Positions 20,957 to 30,895 of a stretch of 64,000 nt of DNA are shown piece after piece (the first letter of the stretch is position 1; the number at the start of each line of letters is the position of its first letter). The notes beneath the pieces were generated by a model that had not been told where the DNA came from, made no database searches, and saw nothing but the letters and a program-made list of their open reading frames with translations. Position numbers and translations under genes: made by a program. The DNA is taken from assembly GCA_963662285.2 (NCBI GenBank), contig CAXXMV010000008.1:384001-448000 (forward strand), read 5' to 3'. This stretch comes from a bacterium. GTDB taxonomy: Bacteria; Hinthialibacterota; Hinthialibacteria; Hinthialibacterales; Hinthialibacteraceae.

Positions 20957-21544
20957 ATGAATTGGAAACACTTAAAAATGGAAAAAAACTAGGGATTGGT
21001 TTCGGCATAGTACTGGCATTGCTGATTGTTGTCGGAGGTTGGAGTATTTTTGGTATTGGCAATATGATCACAAGCCTTAACCAGGCCGTTCAAATGAATA
21101 ATTTAAGTGGAGAACTGTTGCAACGGGAGATTGAACATCTAAATTGGGCGGCCCAAGTATCCATTCTACTTACCGATGAAAGTATGACTAAATTAAAGGT
21201 GCAAACCGATTCCCACAAATGCGCCTTTGGTAAATGGTATTATGGTGAAGGCCGTAACGAGGCTATAGCGCTTATCCCTGAATTAGAAACTCCTCTAGCC
21301 GGGATTGAAAGCCATCATAACGCTTTACACCAATCAGCCATTCATATAGATAGCGTATTCGATCCCAATGATACAAGTAAAGCGGCAAAAATTTATGGAT
21401 CAGAAACCGCACCGGCATTGAGTGAAGTCCAAAAAATCTTAGGCGAAATTATTGCTACTACCAAAACTGCCGCTGAGCAGGTTGCCTGGACCCAAGAAAT
21501 TAGACTCTCAGTATATTGATGATTCAGAATTTCATGCCTTCTAA
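20957..21544 (+). pseudogene. Frameshifted, internally deleted chemoreceptor (TM1 + CZB domain + C-terminal tail only)
   Basis: ATG 20957 gives MNWKHLK, then shifts frame to GKKLGIGFG. CZB motifs H..W, HKCAFGKWY, H..LH follow. No TM2, HAMP or signalling domain. Out-of-frame tail ...IDDSEFHAF* ends at 21544. Confidence 0.7.
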
Positions 21545-21568
21545 AATGCTCCCTGATGAATTAAACGG

Positions 21569-21598
21569 AAACGGAAATGCTAATGCATTTCCGTTTTT
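21569..21598. terminator. Intrinsic terminator between convergent genes
   Basis: AAACGGAAATGC-TAAT-GCATTTCCGTTTTT. Confidence 0.75.
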
Positions 21599-21665
21599 GT
21601 ATCATATTCCTTCGTTACTATCAGATCGCTGCACTGAAATATTTTTTTCTTTCATGTAAATCACA

Positions 21666-23069
21666 CTAAGTTATAGGTTCATTTTGGGTATATTCTTTGG
21701 AATCAATGCCTAATTCGGAAATTTTAACATAGAAATTTTTCCTATGTACTTGCGCAAGCTGAGCGGCGCGTGAAATATTGCCGCCGGTTTTTTTTAATAG
21801 ATGTGTAAAATAAATCTTTTCGAATTCATCTAAAATATTTTTTTTGGCTTCTTTGTATGAAAGATCGAACAATTCATTCTGTAGAAAATTCATCTGGTTT
21901 GTTGTCGTCAGCGCCGGATGAAGTGAAGGAAGCAGTTCGTTTAGTTCAGTAGTATGCATAACAACTGCTCTTTCAATAATATTTTGTAATTCGCGGACAT
22001 TGCCCGGCCAATGGTATTGCATTAATGATTTAATATCATCGGGTAAAAATGAAAGGGTTGACCTGCCTTGCTGCTTTTTTTTCAAGAAATGTTCAATCAG
22101 AAGAGGAACATCTTCTTTACGCTCCCGCAAAGGAGGAACTGTAATCGGTAGAACATTCAAGTGGAAATAGAAATCAGAGCGTATTTCTCCACTTTGTACT
22201 TTGACCTCCAGGTCTTGATTGGTTGAGGCAATAATCCGGACATCAATTTTTTTACTAAGCGAATCACCCACCGGTTCAATGGTTTTATCTTCTATAGTTC
22301 GAAGAATTTTTCCCTGCATGCTGGGAGGGAGATAGCCGATTTCATCCAGGAATAAGGTTCCTCCATTGGCCAGACTGAATTTCCCGGTTGCTGGAGCATC
22401 TGGATTAACTCCAGGTTTTCCCCACATATGACCGAATAATTCCAGTTCAAGAATATCAGGCGGCGTTGAAGAACAATTGGCGGTAACAAATGGCCGTTTG
22501 CTGCGTGGGCTTTGCCGATGTATAGCGCGTGCTACCAGTTCTTTACCTGAGCCGTTTTCTCCACGTATCAGAACAATTCCGTCAACTCTAGCAAGTCGGC
22601 GAACCATGCTGAGCACTTTAATCATACTGGCTGATTTACCAATGATTTCATCTTGTTCAAGACGTTGATCAAGTTCAACGCGCAGGTATTTGTTCTCTTG
22701 TTCGAGGCGTTGAAACTCCAGAGCCTTGCGAACAGATAGTTTTATTTCATCCAGGTCGCATGGCTTGAGAAGGTAATCATGAGCGCCGTTTTTAAGGGCG
22801 TCAACTGCATTCTCTACTGTTCCATAAGCCGTTAATATGATTATAGGTATGTAATGATCTATCTTCTTGACTGCTTCCAAAACCGCCATACCGCCCCCGC
22901 CAGGCATGCGAAGGTCTGTAATGATCAGGCTTAGCGATGTGGAATTAATAACCTCAATTGCAGAATCGGCATCCTTGGCTTCAAGGATATCATATCCCTC
23001 ATCCATAAGCGCCAAATTGAGGATTTTCCTCATTTTGGCTTCGTCATCAGCTATAAGAATAGTCGCCAC
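21666..23069 (-). CDS. NtrC-type response regulator (REC-AAA+-HTH) lacking the GAFTGA motif
   Basis: ADDE/TDLRMP/KP receiver, GENGSGKE, LFLDEI, WPGNVREL, Fis HTH; GAFTGA loop replaced by HMWGKPGVNPDA. Confidence 0.88.
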   Translation of the reverse strand: MATILIADDEAKMRKILNLALMDEGYDILEAKDADSAIEVINSTSLSLIITDLRMPGGGGMAVLEAVKKIDHYIPIIILTAYGTVENAVDALKNGAHDYLLKPCDLDEIKLSVRKALEFQRLEQENKYLRVELDQRLEQDEIIGKSASMIKVLSMVRRLARVDGIVLIRGENGSGKELVARAIHRQSPRSKRPFVTANCSSTPPDILELELFGHMWGKPGVNPDAPATGKFSLANGGTLFLDEIGYLPPSMQGKILRTIEDKTIEPVGDSLSKKIDVRIIASTNQDLEVKVQSGEIRSDFYFHLNVLPITVPPLRERKEDVPLLIEHFLKKKQQGRSTLSFLPDDIKSLMQYHWPGNVRELQNIIERAVVMHTTELNELLPSLHPALTTTNQMNFLQNELFDLSYKEAKKNILDEFEKIYFTHLLKKTGGNISRAAQLAQVHRKNFYVKISELGIDSKEYTQNEPIT

Positions 23070-23144
23070 AACCGCACTATCTCCGTTTCAGTATTACCAC
23101 GTAGGGGCGTTCCTTGTGGGCGCCCTAGACCACTCACAATCCAC

Positions 23145-23702
23145 CTACAATCCAATGTCACCATTAACTTGAGACATATCCGCCACATACAATCCGTTTT
23201 TGCGATAAAAATCACCCTTGGGGCCAAAAGCCAGAGTGCTGGTAGGCTCTATGATGTTTCCCTGAGCGTCAAGATTCAAATTAACAATGTAATCCCCCCC
23301 GCCGGGGCAATCCGGTTCAGCGCCTATTTTAAGAAACAGGGCGCGAGCGGCGCCAATATTCATTTTGGTATAAATACGCCGTTGAGCCAGTTCCAGCGTT
23401 TCGTTCAGGTCAAACAGTTCGCATATTTTCTCGCCGGGTTTGGTTTGATTCTGGTCGGCCATATATTTCAGGCAATTGGCTATCAATGTAAGCCGGGCGG
23501 CGCTTTCATGTCCACGCATAAAATCCAGATACCTGAAATAATTGGGCAGTGCGACGCTCGCAATCAAGATGAAAGTTAAAGATATTGCCCCGATTTCCCA
23601 CCATGCCATACCTAAAGGAAGAGTCTGACTCTCATCAACGTTAAATGGTTGCTCCTGAGTTGTTTGAATTGATTGTTCATTATCGCCGATTTGCGATTGC
23701 AT
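23145..23702 (-). CDS. Type IV pilin/pseudopilin-like protein
   Basis: Class III signal-like G|MAWWE (Glu+5), hydrophobic helix ending ALPNY, later CPGGGDY. Confidence 0.6.
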   Translation of the reverse strand: MQSQIGDNEQSIQTTQEQPFNVDESQTLPLGMAWWEIGAISLTFILIASVALPNYFRYLDFMRGHESAARLTLIANCLKYMADQNQTKPGEKICELFDLNETLELAQRRIYTKMNIGAARALFLKIGAEPDCPGGGDYIVNLNLDAQGNIIEPTSTLAFGPKGDFYRKNGLYVADMSQVNGDIGL

Positions 23703-26197
23703 TATGGCATCTCCTTATTAAACTGTCGTTGCATTTCCAAACGGGCTAAATCTGCAAAAATTGTATTGGGCAATTCGATCATCAAGTCCTGATAATCAGT
23801 TGCGCTTGCGTTATTGGTTGAGGCGATTTGTTGCATCCGTAAAATTTCCAAACGGATCATACCGTTAATCACTGGATGATCCACATCGGTCAGAAGGCGT
23901 CTCCATTCTTCGATGGCGCCTTTGGCGTCTCCCGAATCCTGTTTCAGTTTTCCTATATGATAGCGTGACCATTCCTCAACATCTCCCCCATAGTGATCTA
24001 CCGCTAATTGGCGCAACAGGGGGATGGCGTTTGCCAATCGCCCTTGCAGTCGATAGAGCATGGCGTCACAGAATAATTGTAGAGGATCTCCCACCAAAGG
24101 CTCTAAAGCGTTCATTAAACCAAGGGCGTCATTTTTGGTTCTCCAAAATTGAGTATTCTGCGCTATCTCATTAAGCAGTGAAAGGGCTATATCAGACTTG
24201 CGTTGCGCGATGAATATTTTGGCCAAGAGCAATTGCGCATCTTCCTGGTAAGGTAGTTCATTAATTGAATCCAGCAGTTTAATGGCCGGATCAAGCGATC
24301 CCAGTTCAGTCAATGCGCGGGCGCGGTTCAGGGTGAGTTGAGATATAACGCTAGCGCCTGGTGGATGCTCCAATGTATCAAAAGCGGATTCAATTTTACG
24401 AATCGCCTCCAGCGCCTGATCTGGTTTAAATGCGTTGAGAGAGATTTCCGAATATTGAATCAAACGCTCTAACATTTGGGGCGTCAGAACTACCGGGCTA
24501 GCTGATGCCAGAATATCCGCAACATAGGATTGAAAGAGTTCCGCCGCCTGGCGCTGCGCATCCAGGGACGAGTTCTCCCCCAATATCGCCGAACGCTTTT
24601 GTTTGGCTATGTCAAAATAAAGGCTTTCTTGCGGTATGCTGTTAAACTGCGATAAAGCCCAATCATTATCACCCTGCTTGATGCTCTCTAAAGCGGCGCT
24701 GAATTTCCAGGCGTCGCTTGGATCAGACTCGATCAATTCTTCTAACTGTTTTCTATACTGAGGTTGAACTCCCAAATTCAGCAAGGATGCTTTGAGCCAA
24801 CTTGGAACTGAGGAATGCAGTTTACCGGACGCCGCTTTGACTAATTCCGCTACCCATTGGCTCTGATCGGGATTGGTTTGAATATGCTGATTGATAACCG
24901 ATTCGATCATTGATGGATGAACTTTACCCGTTGCCACCGCGATATTAAATGCGGCGATAGCTTGTTTATGATCTCCAAACTGAAGCGCCGCCTGTCCCTG
25001 CCTCCAGGCAAGTTGAGGCGGGATGCGTCCTTTGAAATCACTTAAAACAGCACGGGCTGCTTCTAAATCTCCAATGCCAAATATTTCTTGCGCGGCATTC
25101 AGGATGGTAGTAGGCGTCTTGGTTTCCGCTTCAGCCCAATTGCTCCATAGCGCAACGGCTTCCTGCTTACGTCCCTCGCGCACCAGCATTCCCGAAAGTT
25201 GTTTGCGGCGGGTTAAATCCATCGGAGTGATCGCCAGAATCTGTGTGATAATCCTGATTCCATCATCAATATTGCGGTAGTGTGTAACCAGTTCAACCCA
25301 GCGATCCAATATTAAGGCGGGAACCTTGATGATAATTGGCTCCATATCTTCAACCTGTTTCATACCAGATTGATCGAAGATGAATTGTTCGATTTGTTGT
25401 AATGCGTCGGCGCCTCTTTCAGCCTGTTCGAGAAGATTGACCTCAAACATTATAAGCGCTGAAGAATTATTGACCGTTGTGCGATATAAATGAACATGGC
25501 TGATCAGTTCGTCCAACTTGTTTTCCGAAGCGAACAGGTCGGCAATACTGCTTAAATAATCCAGTGAGTCAACGGGATTTATGGGCCATAACTGGTTGAA
25601 TAGATTTAAGCTTTCCTGTTTTTTCCCCTGGATGCGTAACAGTTCGGCGAATTCCAGACCCAGGTTTTCGAGATATTGCGGTAAAACCACTTGCCGCAGT
25701 TCATCGAGTTGATCGTCAGATACTTGCCGGTATTGGTAGTTCTGGATCAAGTGTTTCAAATAAACAGTACGATTGACCTCTTTTGATCCTTGAACCAATT
25801 CCCAATATGTTTGACCCGCCAGTGCATACTTACCGGTTTTCTCCAGATTTTCCGCATATCTCTGATAGTAAAAATAATTAAGATTACTAATGTTAGGGTC
25901 TTTAGATTGAGGCAGGTTATCAATTAATAGACGATAATAACGCGCAGCATCATCAAACCGCGCCTGCGACTCTTCAATCATGGCCAGTTTGCGCAGCACG
26001 TCAATTTTTTGGGGAAATTCATTCCACTTTTCTAAATCAAGCAACCGCTGATAATAATATGTAGAAGTTATATAATCCGCTTCACTGAACGCCTGGTTTC
26101 CCTTAGCGTATAGGTCATTAATAGACTCTTCTGAGAACGCAGCAAACGAACAATTAAACAAAAAGATAAAAAGGATAAAACAAAGATTATTTTTCAT
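23702..26197 (-). CDS. Large secreted TPR-repeat protein
   Basis: Signal peptide and all-helical TPR-like repeats; its stop overlaps the pilin-like start. Confidence 0.75.
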   Translation of the reverse strand: MKNNLCFILFIFLFNCSFAAFSEESINDLYAKGNQAFSEADYITSTYYYQRLLDLEKWNEFPQKIDVLRKLAMIEESQARFDDAARYYRLLIDNLPQSKDPNISNLNYFYYQRYAENLEKTGKYALAGQTYWELVQGSKEVNRTVYLKHLIQNYQYRQVSDDQLDELRQVVLPQYLENLGLEFAELLRIQGKKQESLNLFNQLWPINPVDSLDYLSSIADLFASENKLDELISHVHLYRTTVNNSSALIMFEVNLLEQAERGADALQQIEQFIFDQSGMKQVEDMEPIIIKVPALILDRWVELVTHYRNIDDGIRIITQILAITPMDLTRRKQLSGMLVREGRKQEAVALWSNWAEAETKTPTTILNAAQEIFGIGDLEAARAVLSDFKGRIPPQLAWRQGQAALQFGDHKQAIAAFNIAVATGKVHPSMIESVINQHIQTNPDQSQWVAELVKAASGKLHSSVPSWLKASLLNLGVQPQYRKQLEELIESDPSDAWKFSAALESIKQGDNDWALSQFNSIPQESLYFDIAKQKRSAILGENSSLDAQRQAAELFQSYVADILASASPVVLTPQMLERLIQYSEISLNAFKPDQALEAIRKIESAFDTLEHPPGASVISQLTLNRARALTELGSLDPAIKLLDSINELPYQEDAQLLLAKIFIAQRKSDIALSLLNEIAQNTQFWRTKNDALGLMNALEPLVGDPLQLFCDAMLYRLQGRLANAIPLLRQLAVDHYGGDVEEWSRYHIGKLKQDSGDAKGAIEEWRRLLTDVDHPVINGMIRLEILRMQQIASTNNASATDYQDLMIELPNTIFADLARLEMQRQFNKEMP

Positions 26198-26325
26198 ATT
26201 GTTTGATAGACGTAGTATTCACTATAACTAATTACACAGATATCCGCTTAAGGCCTTAGCCCTGCATATTAAACGTAGTAACCATAAAAAAGTAATGGTA
26301 GGCGTTGTAGAACAGAAAACCAAGT

Positions 26326-26363
26326 CCCCTCTCCCGCCAGGAGAGGGCTAGGGTGAGGGGGGA
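26326..26363. repeat. Family C palindromic repeat
   Basis: CCCCTCTCCCGCCAGGAGAGGGCTAGGGTGAGGGGG, near-identical to 2975-3009. Confidence 0.7.
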
Positions 26364-26393
26364 ATTCAAACCACTATCGGATAACCAATAACT

Positions 26394-26619
26394 GGGTGCC
26401 AAGGGCAGTGTATTTTCTGCCCTTGATCAAGCCTCTTATTTCACGAATACATAATAATCATTATATTCTTAGTTTTTATTACTGGATTAATTCGTAAATA
26501 ATTAAATATTGAGTAAATCATGGAGCGGATTTTAATATTAACTTTTGATAATCATAGGATTAATTACATTTCTCCATGGTTATTAGTCAAGGACAGAAAG
26601 GACACTGTCCTTGGCACCC
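26394..26619. mobile_element. REPIN/MITE-like doublet of inverted family B hairpins
   Basis: GGGTGCCAAGGGCAG-TGTATTTT-CTGCCCTTGA ... TCAAGGACAG-AAAGGACA-CTGTCCTTGGCACCC. Confidence 0.75.
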
Positions 26620-26641
26620 ACGCTTCCATTGCATTTATTTA

Positions 26642-27175
26642 TCATTTACCTGGATTACTTTTCATCGTTTTTTTTTGATTCGACTTAATGAAATCATTCG
26701 AAAAGATATCTACTAGATCTATCAACCCTTGGATTATGAATTCTCGATCAAAGCCATGAATACCAACTACGTCTTTATGATAAGGAGATGCTACAACTAT
26801 GTGCTTATTTTTACCAACCCAATAATACATTATTCGATTAAAATGGATTTTAATAGAAAATGCATTACTTTTCACATTGCATTGCACATAGAGGTACACA
26901 TCGGACTTTGTTTGATCTTCTTTATTACATACAGTTATCCCATTTCTGTGAAGTTGTAGTTCAACCTTGCTTTTAATTAAATCACATATAAGACCTAATT
27001 TTTCACATTCGTCATCTAATCTTTCAATGACAACTGGTATCTTAGTTCCAGGCAACACCTCAAGCCCTGTACCTGCCGTGAGCGCTTCAATCTCAGTACT
27101 CTCTGTCAAAGTACGCCCCGTGACCGTAATCAATAGTAATGTAATAATTACCAATGTTTTAGTGGTCTTTTTCAT
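26642..27175 (-). CDS. Hypothetical exported protein
   Basis: 177-aa ORF with a signal-peptide-like N-terminus; AT-rich. Confidence 0.6.
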   Translation of the reverse strand: MKKTTKTLVIITLLLITVTGRTLTESTEIEALTAGTGLEVLPGTKIPVVIERLDDECEKLGLICDLIKSKVELQLHRNGITVCNKEDQTKSDVYLYVQCNVKSNAFSIKIHFNRIMYYWVGKNKHIVVASPYHKDVVGIHGFDREFIIQGLIDLVDIFSNDFIKSNQKKTMKSNPGK

Positions 27176-27310
27176 TGTTAGTACCTACCCTTCAGTATAA
27201 GATTTCCATAATCAATGAGAAGTTAAGCCTTGAGGTATACATAAAGTCATAAGTGATAATATCAAGAACTGATCGCTTCGTTTTCTTGCCCTTGGCACCA
27301 ATGCTTAATA

Positions 27311-27625
27311 TTAATTCTTAATTTGCTTGACTGCTGGATCGTTATCACTCCTATCTTTTTCTTTCCATAAATTTCCTGGTAGTAATCTCTTCAATTCCGA
27401 AACAAAAAGTTCACGATATTCGGATTTAGAGAACCTAAACGTTACTTGGTTTTCATCATCTAACCAATCTTTTTCCTTTGTACCGCCCCATGGAATATTA
27501 TTGTTTCCAGTGCGCTGACAATATTTACTTAGTGCTCTAAGGCAATAAACTACTGGTTCATCTTCAGTATGGATGGTAATACTGAATTTATGATCGGCGT
27601 GTTTGGTCATTTTGGTCATAATCAA
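27311..27625 (-). CDS. Hypothetical protein
   Basis: 104-aa ORF with protein-like composition (IPWGGT, VTFRF). Confidence 0.6.
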   Translation of the reverse strand: MIMTKMTKHADHKFSITIHTEDEPVVYCLRALSKYCQRTGNNNIPWGGTKEKDWLDDENQVTFRFSKSEYRELFVSELKRLLPGNLWKEKDRSDNDPAVKQIKN

Positions 27626-27841
27626 TTACCATTTCTGATTACTTCATAAAAGTATAATATCCAACTTTATCAGAGTCTGAATTTATCAGTATAGAATATC
27701 TTTTCCTAAGAATTATTAAATTATTTTAATTTTACTATACGAAACAGACAAAACATAGGGATTGCTGCATATCTATTTTATTACTATATAATACGTAAGT
27801 ATAATTAGACGATTATTCTAAGAATAGTAATAGGATAACAA

Positions 27842-28200
27842 CCCCCTCTTGAATTCTCCCCCAACTTGGGGGAGAGGGATTTTGGGATATAACCAACTGT
27901 ATTGTTATGGCTTAGTTATACAAAAACCGTAGGAAAAGCATCCCTCTCCCAAGATTGGGAGAGGCTAGGTGAGGGTTGATAGCAGCCACCCATGTATTAT
28001 AAAATCCAGGTCATCCTTCCATCCAGAGTATCCAGATTCAGACAACAGAAATTACCTGGGCGCTATAAACACCAAAATCAGGAAAATAACTTGGTAGGTT
28101 TTTGATATGAGTGGGTGGTTCTTTGATGGGTCGGTGAGGCATGACCCATCCTACGCGTGGGTAAGCATTCCTCTCCCCCAAAAGCGAGGGAGAGGAATTT
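27842..28200. repeat. Mosaic cluster of repeat families C, C, D, E, C
   Basis: CCCTCT/GGGAGAGG hairpins at ~27842, 27941, 28170; AATCCAGGTCATCC...ATCCAGATTCAGACA at ~28003; GATGGGTC...GACCCATCCTAC at ~28125. Confidence 0.7.
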
Positions 28201-28211
28201 TGGGGATATTG

Positions 28212-30872
28212 TTAAACCGAAACCAGCGAAAATTCGTTGCCGCCGTTTTTCAGTTGATAACGGGCGCAGCCATCAGGCGATGATCCTTTGGCTTTGGCAA
28301 GATTGATCTTCTCAGTTTTGGGAACAACCAGTTCGCAATTCATGCCATCGGGAATATCAAGCGTGATTTTTCGGGCGCCCGGTTTACCTTTGGAGGAAAA
28401 CTGTATCGGGCCGCGCACGGTATAGGCTGTCGCGCTGATATCTCCCAGATCGGCCAGTTGGGGGCGAATCTGGCAGCGGGTGAATCCGTTTTCCAGCGGC
28501 TGGATGCCTATCAGGTTCATGAATAGAAGATAGAGCGGCGCTACCGGACAATGGCTCCATTGCGAGCCGCCGTCTTTTTTGGCGGTCCAATCTTCCTGCA
28601 AGGTGTTATTCAACACAACCGAATCCATGGTCGCCCAACGCTTGCGCAGATCATCAACCAAGACATCATTGCGCCCGGCTTTCGACAAAGCCCACAAGCG
28701 CCATCCAGCGTTGGCCGGATATGATAGTCCCATCGTGCCGGGGCATTCAACCAGCGTCTTTATAGTGTTTGTGATATTTCCTTTTGGATTCTGGTCAAAC
28801 AGAACAGAGGTAGCCAGCGATCGGTCGCACATGCGGATTCCGCCTTCTTGATCAACCCAGGGAAGATTATTGACGAACATGCCATGTTTCTTGCTCCAGT
28901 ATTTCTTAACCGCAGCGGCCTGGAGGCTTTCACTCAACCTGATAAACCGGGCGGCGGCGTCATCGTCGCCAAAGGCGCGGCAGATCGGCGCCAGGGCGTG
29001 CTTGAACATGGCGGAGGCATAGAGATTGAAGGCGCACTGCTTATGCCGTTGCTGCTCAAATGCATTATGATCCAACCAAACCGCCGGGATGCCGATATCC
29101 TCAACCGCCAACAATCCATCATCTCGGATAATAGTTTTCAAAAACTCAGCGAAACGCAGCAACCGTGGATATGGTTCTTCTAGGGCTTTCAAATCTCCGG
29201 TATAAAGATAGTGATGATAGCAATCGAAATTCAACCCTATGCCATGATCCAGCAACGGCCCCCATTTAGTCAGGTTCAATTGTCTTTCCATCAACCGCGC
29301 CATACGGTCATAGGCCGGCCAGCAATCCAGGAAATATCCGTCTTTGGTCATTCCCTGGCTGAAAGTTTTTAAGTAGCGGGCGGGCTGTCTGGTCTCTCCA
29401 AAAGTATAGTAGATGGAGTGCAGGGTATGTCCCACGTCTCCGCTGTATTGCTGCCGCTCACGGGCCATGCCATCCACAATGGTTTCCTGAGCGCAGTTAT
29501 GCAGAGTATTGATGGTTGCATCAAATAACCGCTGCAGCGCCGGTTCGGAACTCCGAACTTGCGGTTGATTAGGCCAGTTATATATCCTACGTAAAACGCC
29601 TATGTTACGTATCGTAACCTCACCCTTAGTTCCGTGTATATGCAACTGAATCCAGCGGCAGCTTTCAAAATCGAAAGTATGAAATTTGTTGACTCCCTGC
29701 TTGCATATAAAACGGGTCCAGGAGTTATAATGAGAGTTCAATAACGGCGGGCCTCCAGGTTGATGAGCCTCGTGAACCATCATTTCAATAACAGTTCCTT
29801 CCGGCGCGTCAATCGTAAAATAAGGCCACCCAACGACCTGATCTTTGAATTCGAAGGTCAGCGCGGCGCCACTTTCTCCATCAATTTCAACGCCCCATTC
29901 TCCAGCAGATTTCTCTATGACTGAAGTATGTTTAACCGCCTTAAAACTATCGGGAGGCATACATTCAAAATACTCTTGCGGTGGACGCTTCCAGTCAATC
30001 AAATACGACTCACGCAATAAGGCGACTGGAACCTCATATTCTTTCATCAAGGGAACGCTACGTGGACTCAGGTAGCACTCTTCCTTATTACCACGAATTT
30101 CCAGCATATATTCTGAATAGTTTGAACAGATTGAGCTATCATCTGCCGCATTCTCAATCTCCATAGCCGGAAGCCAATCATCATTTATTTCAAATTCAGG
30201 CTTCTCCCAACCATAAGGATAAAGCCGCGCATCAAATTCTTCCTGTAACGAGCGCAGATACCAGCGTTTGTATTGTCCCGGTTTCCAAGAACGCGCCAGA
30301 TGCGCTTTCCATGACGAGTCGGAAATCAACTCATAATTTCCTTCTTCTTCCGTATTCATGGTTAGATTAAAGATGAAGCCCGGTTTACCAAGTGGAGAGG
30401 TTCCATCACCTTGGCCGTAAAATAATACCTTAGCGGCGATAACATTCTTGCCCGGACGCAAAGCGGATGTAATATCAACCGGATCGGCTTCCAACCACCG
30501 GGGGTCGCAGGGAGTAGGCCCCCAGTTGATTCTTTCACCATTAACCAACAGTTCATAACGGCTATCCGCCAGCACCCAGCCCAAGGCGATGCGGGGTGCG
30601 AATTTCAATTCAAATTCACGCCGGAATAAAACAAAAGTATTCTGAAGACAACGTTCAGACGGATACCAGATCCACTTGGCGGGCGATAAATCAAGACGAC
30701 CATCAACCACCTGATTCTGCAAAATAGCTGATGGACTGTTCGGTTGTTTATTAGCAGGCGCCGCCGCAATCGGCTGACCGGGCAACAACGCAATAGCACT
30801 CCCCGCCGCAGCAGAATTCTTCAAAAAACGTCTTCTGGAAATAGGAGCATGAGGCATATTCTCATTAGGCAT
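28212..30872 (-). CDS. Tat-exported alpha-L-rhamnosidase (GH78)
   Basis: SRRRFLK Tat motif, ADSRYELLVNG N-domain, DGMARERQQYSGD, SQWSHC, IRPQL..TVRGPI C-domain. Confidence 0.85.
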   Translation of the reverse strand: MPNENMPHAPISRRRFLKNSAAAGSAIALLPGQPIAAAPANKQPNSPSAILQNQVVDGRLDLSPAKWIWYPSERCLQNTFVLFRREFELKFAPRIALGWVLADSRYELLVNGERINWGPTPCDPRWLEADPVDITSALRPGKNVIAAKVLFYGQGDGTSPLGKPGFIFNLTMNTEEEGNYELISDSSWKAHLARSWKPGQYKRWYLRSLQEEFDARLYPYGWEKPEFEINDDWLPAMEIENAADDSSICSNYSEYMLEIRGNKEECYLSPRSVPLMKEYEVPVALLRESYLIDWKRPPQEYFECMPPDSFKAVKHTSVIEKSAGEWGVEIDGESGAALTFEFKDQVVGWPYFTIDAPEGTVIEMMVHEAHQPGGPPLLNSHYNSWTRFICKQGVNKFHTFDFESCRWIQLHIHGTKGEVTIRNIGVLRRIYNWPNQPQVRSSEPALQRLFDATINTLHNCAQETIVDGMARERQQYSGDVGHTLHSIYYTFGETRQPARYLKTFSQGMTKDGYFLDCWPAYDRMARLMERQLNLTKWGPLLDHGIGLNFDCYHHYLYTGDLKALEEPYPRLLRFAEFLKTIIRDDGLLAVEDIGIPAVWLDHNAFEQQRHKQCAFNLYASAMFKHALAPICRAFGDDDAAARFIRLSESLQAAAVKKYWSKKHGMFVNNLPWVDQEGGIRMCDRSLATSVLFDQNPKGNITNTIKTLVECPGTMGLSYPANAGWRLWALSKAGRNDVLVDDLRKRWATMDSVVLNNTLQEDWTAKKDGGSQWSHCPVAPLYLLFMNLIGIQPLENGFTRCQIRPQLADLGDISATAYTVRGPIQFSSKGKPGARKITLDIPDGMNCELVVPKTEKINLAKAKGSSPDGCARYQLKNGGNEFSLVSV

Positions 30873-30895
30873 AATTAATCCCCCGAATATAAAAT

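Noticed and set aside
26642-27625. Possible integron cassettes
   Set aside because: No convincing RYYYAAC...GTTRRRY attC structure and no integrase.
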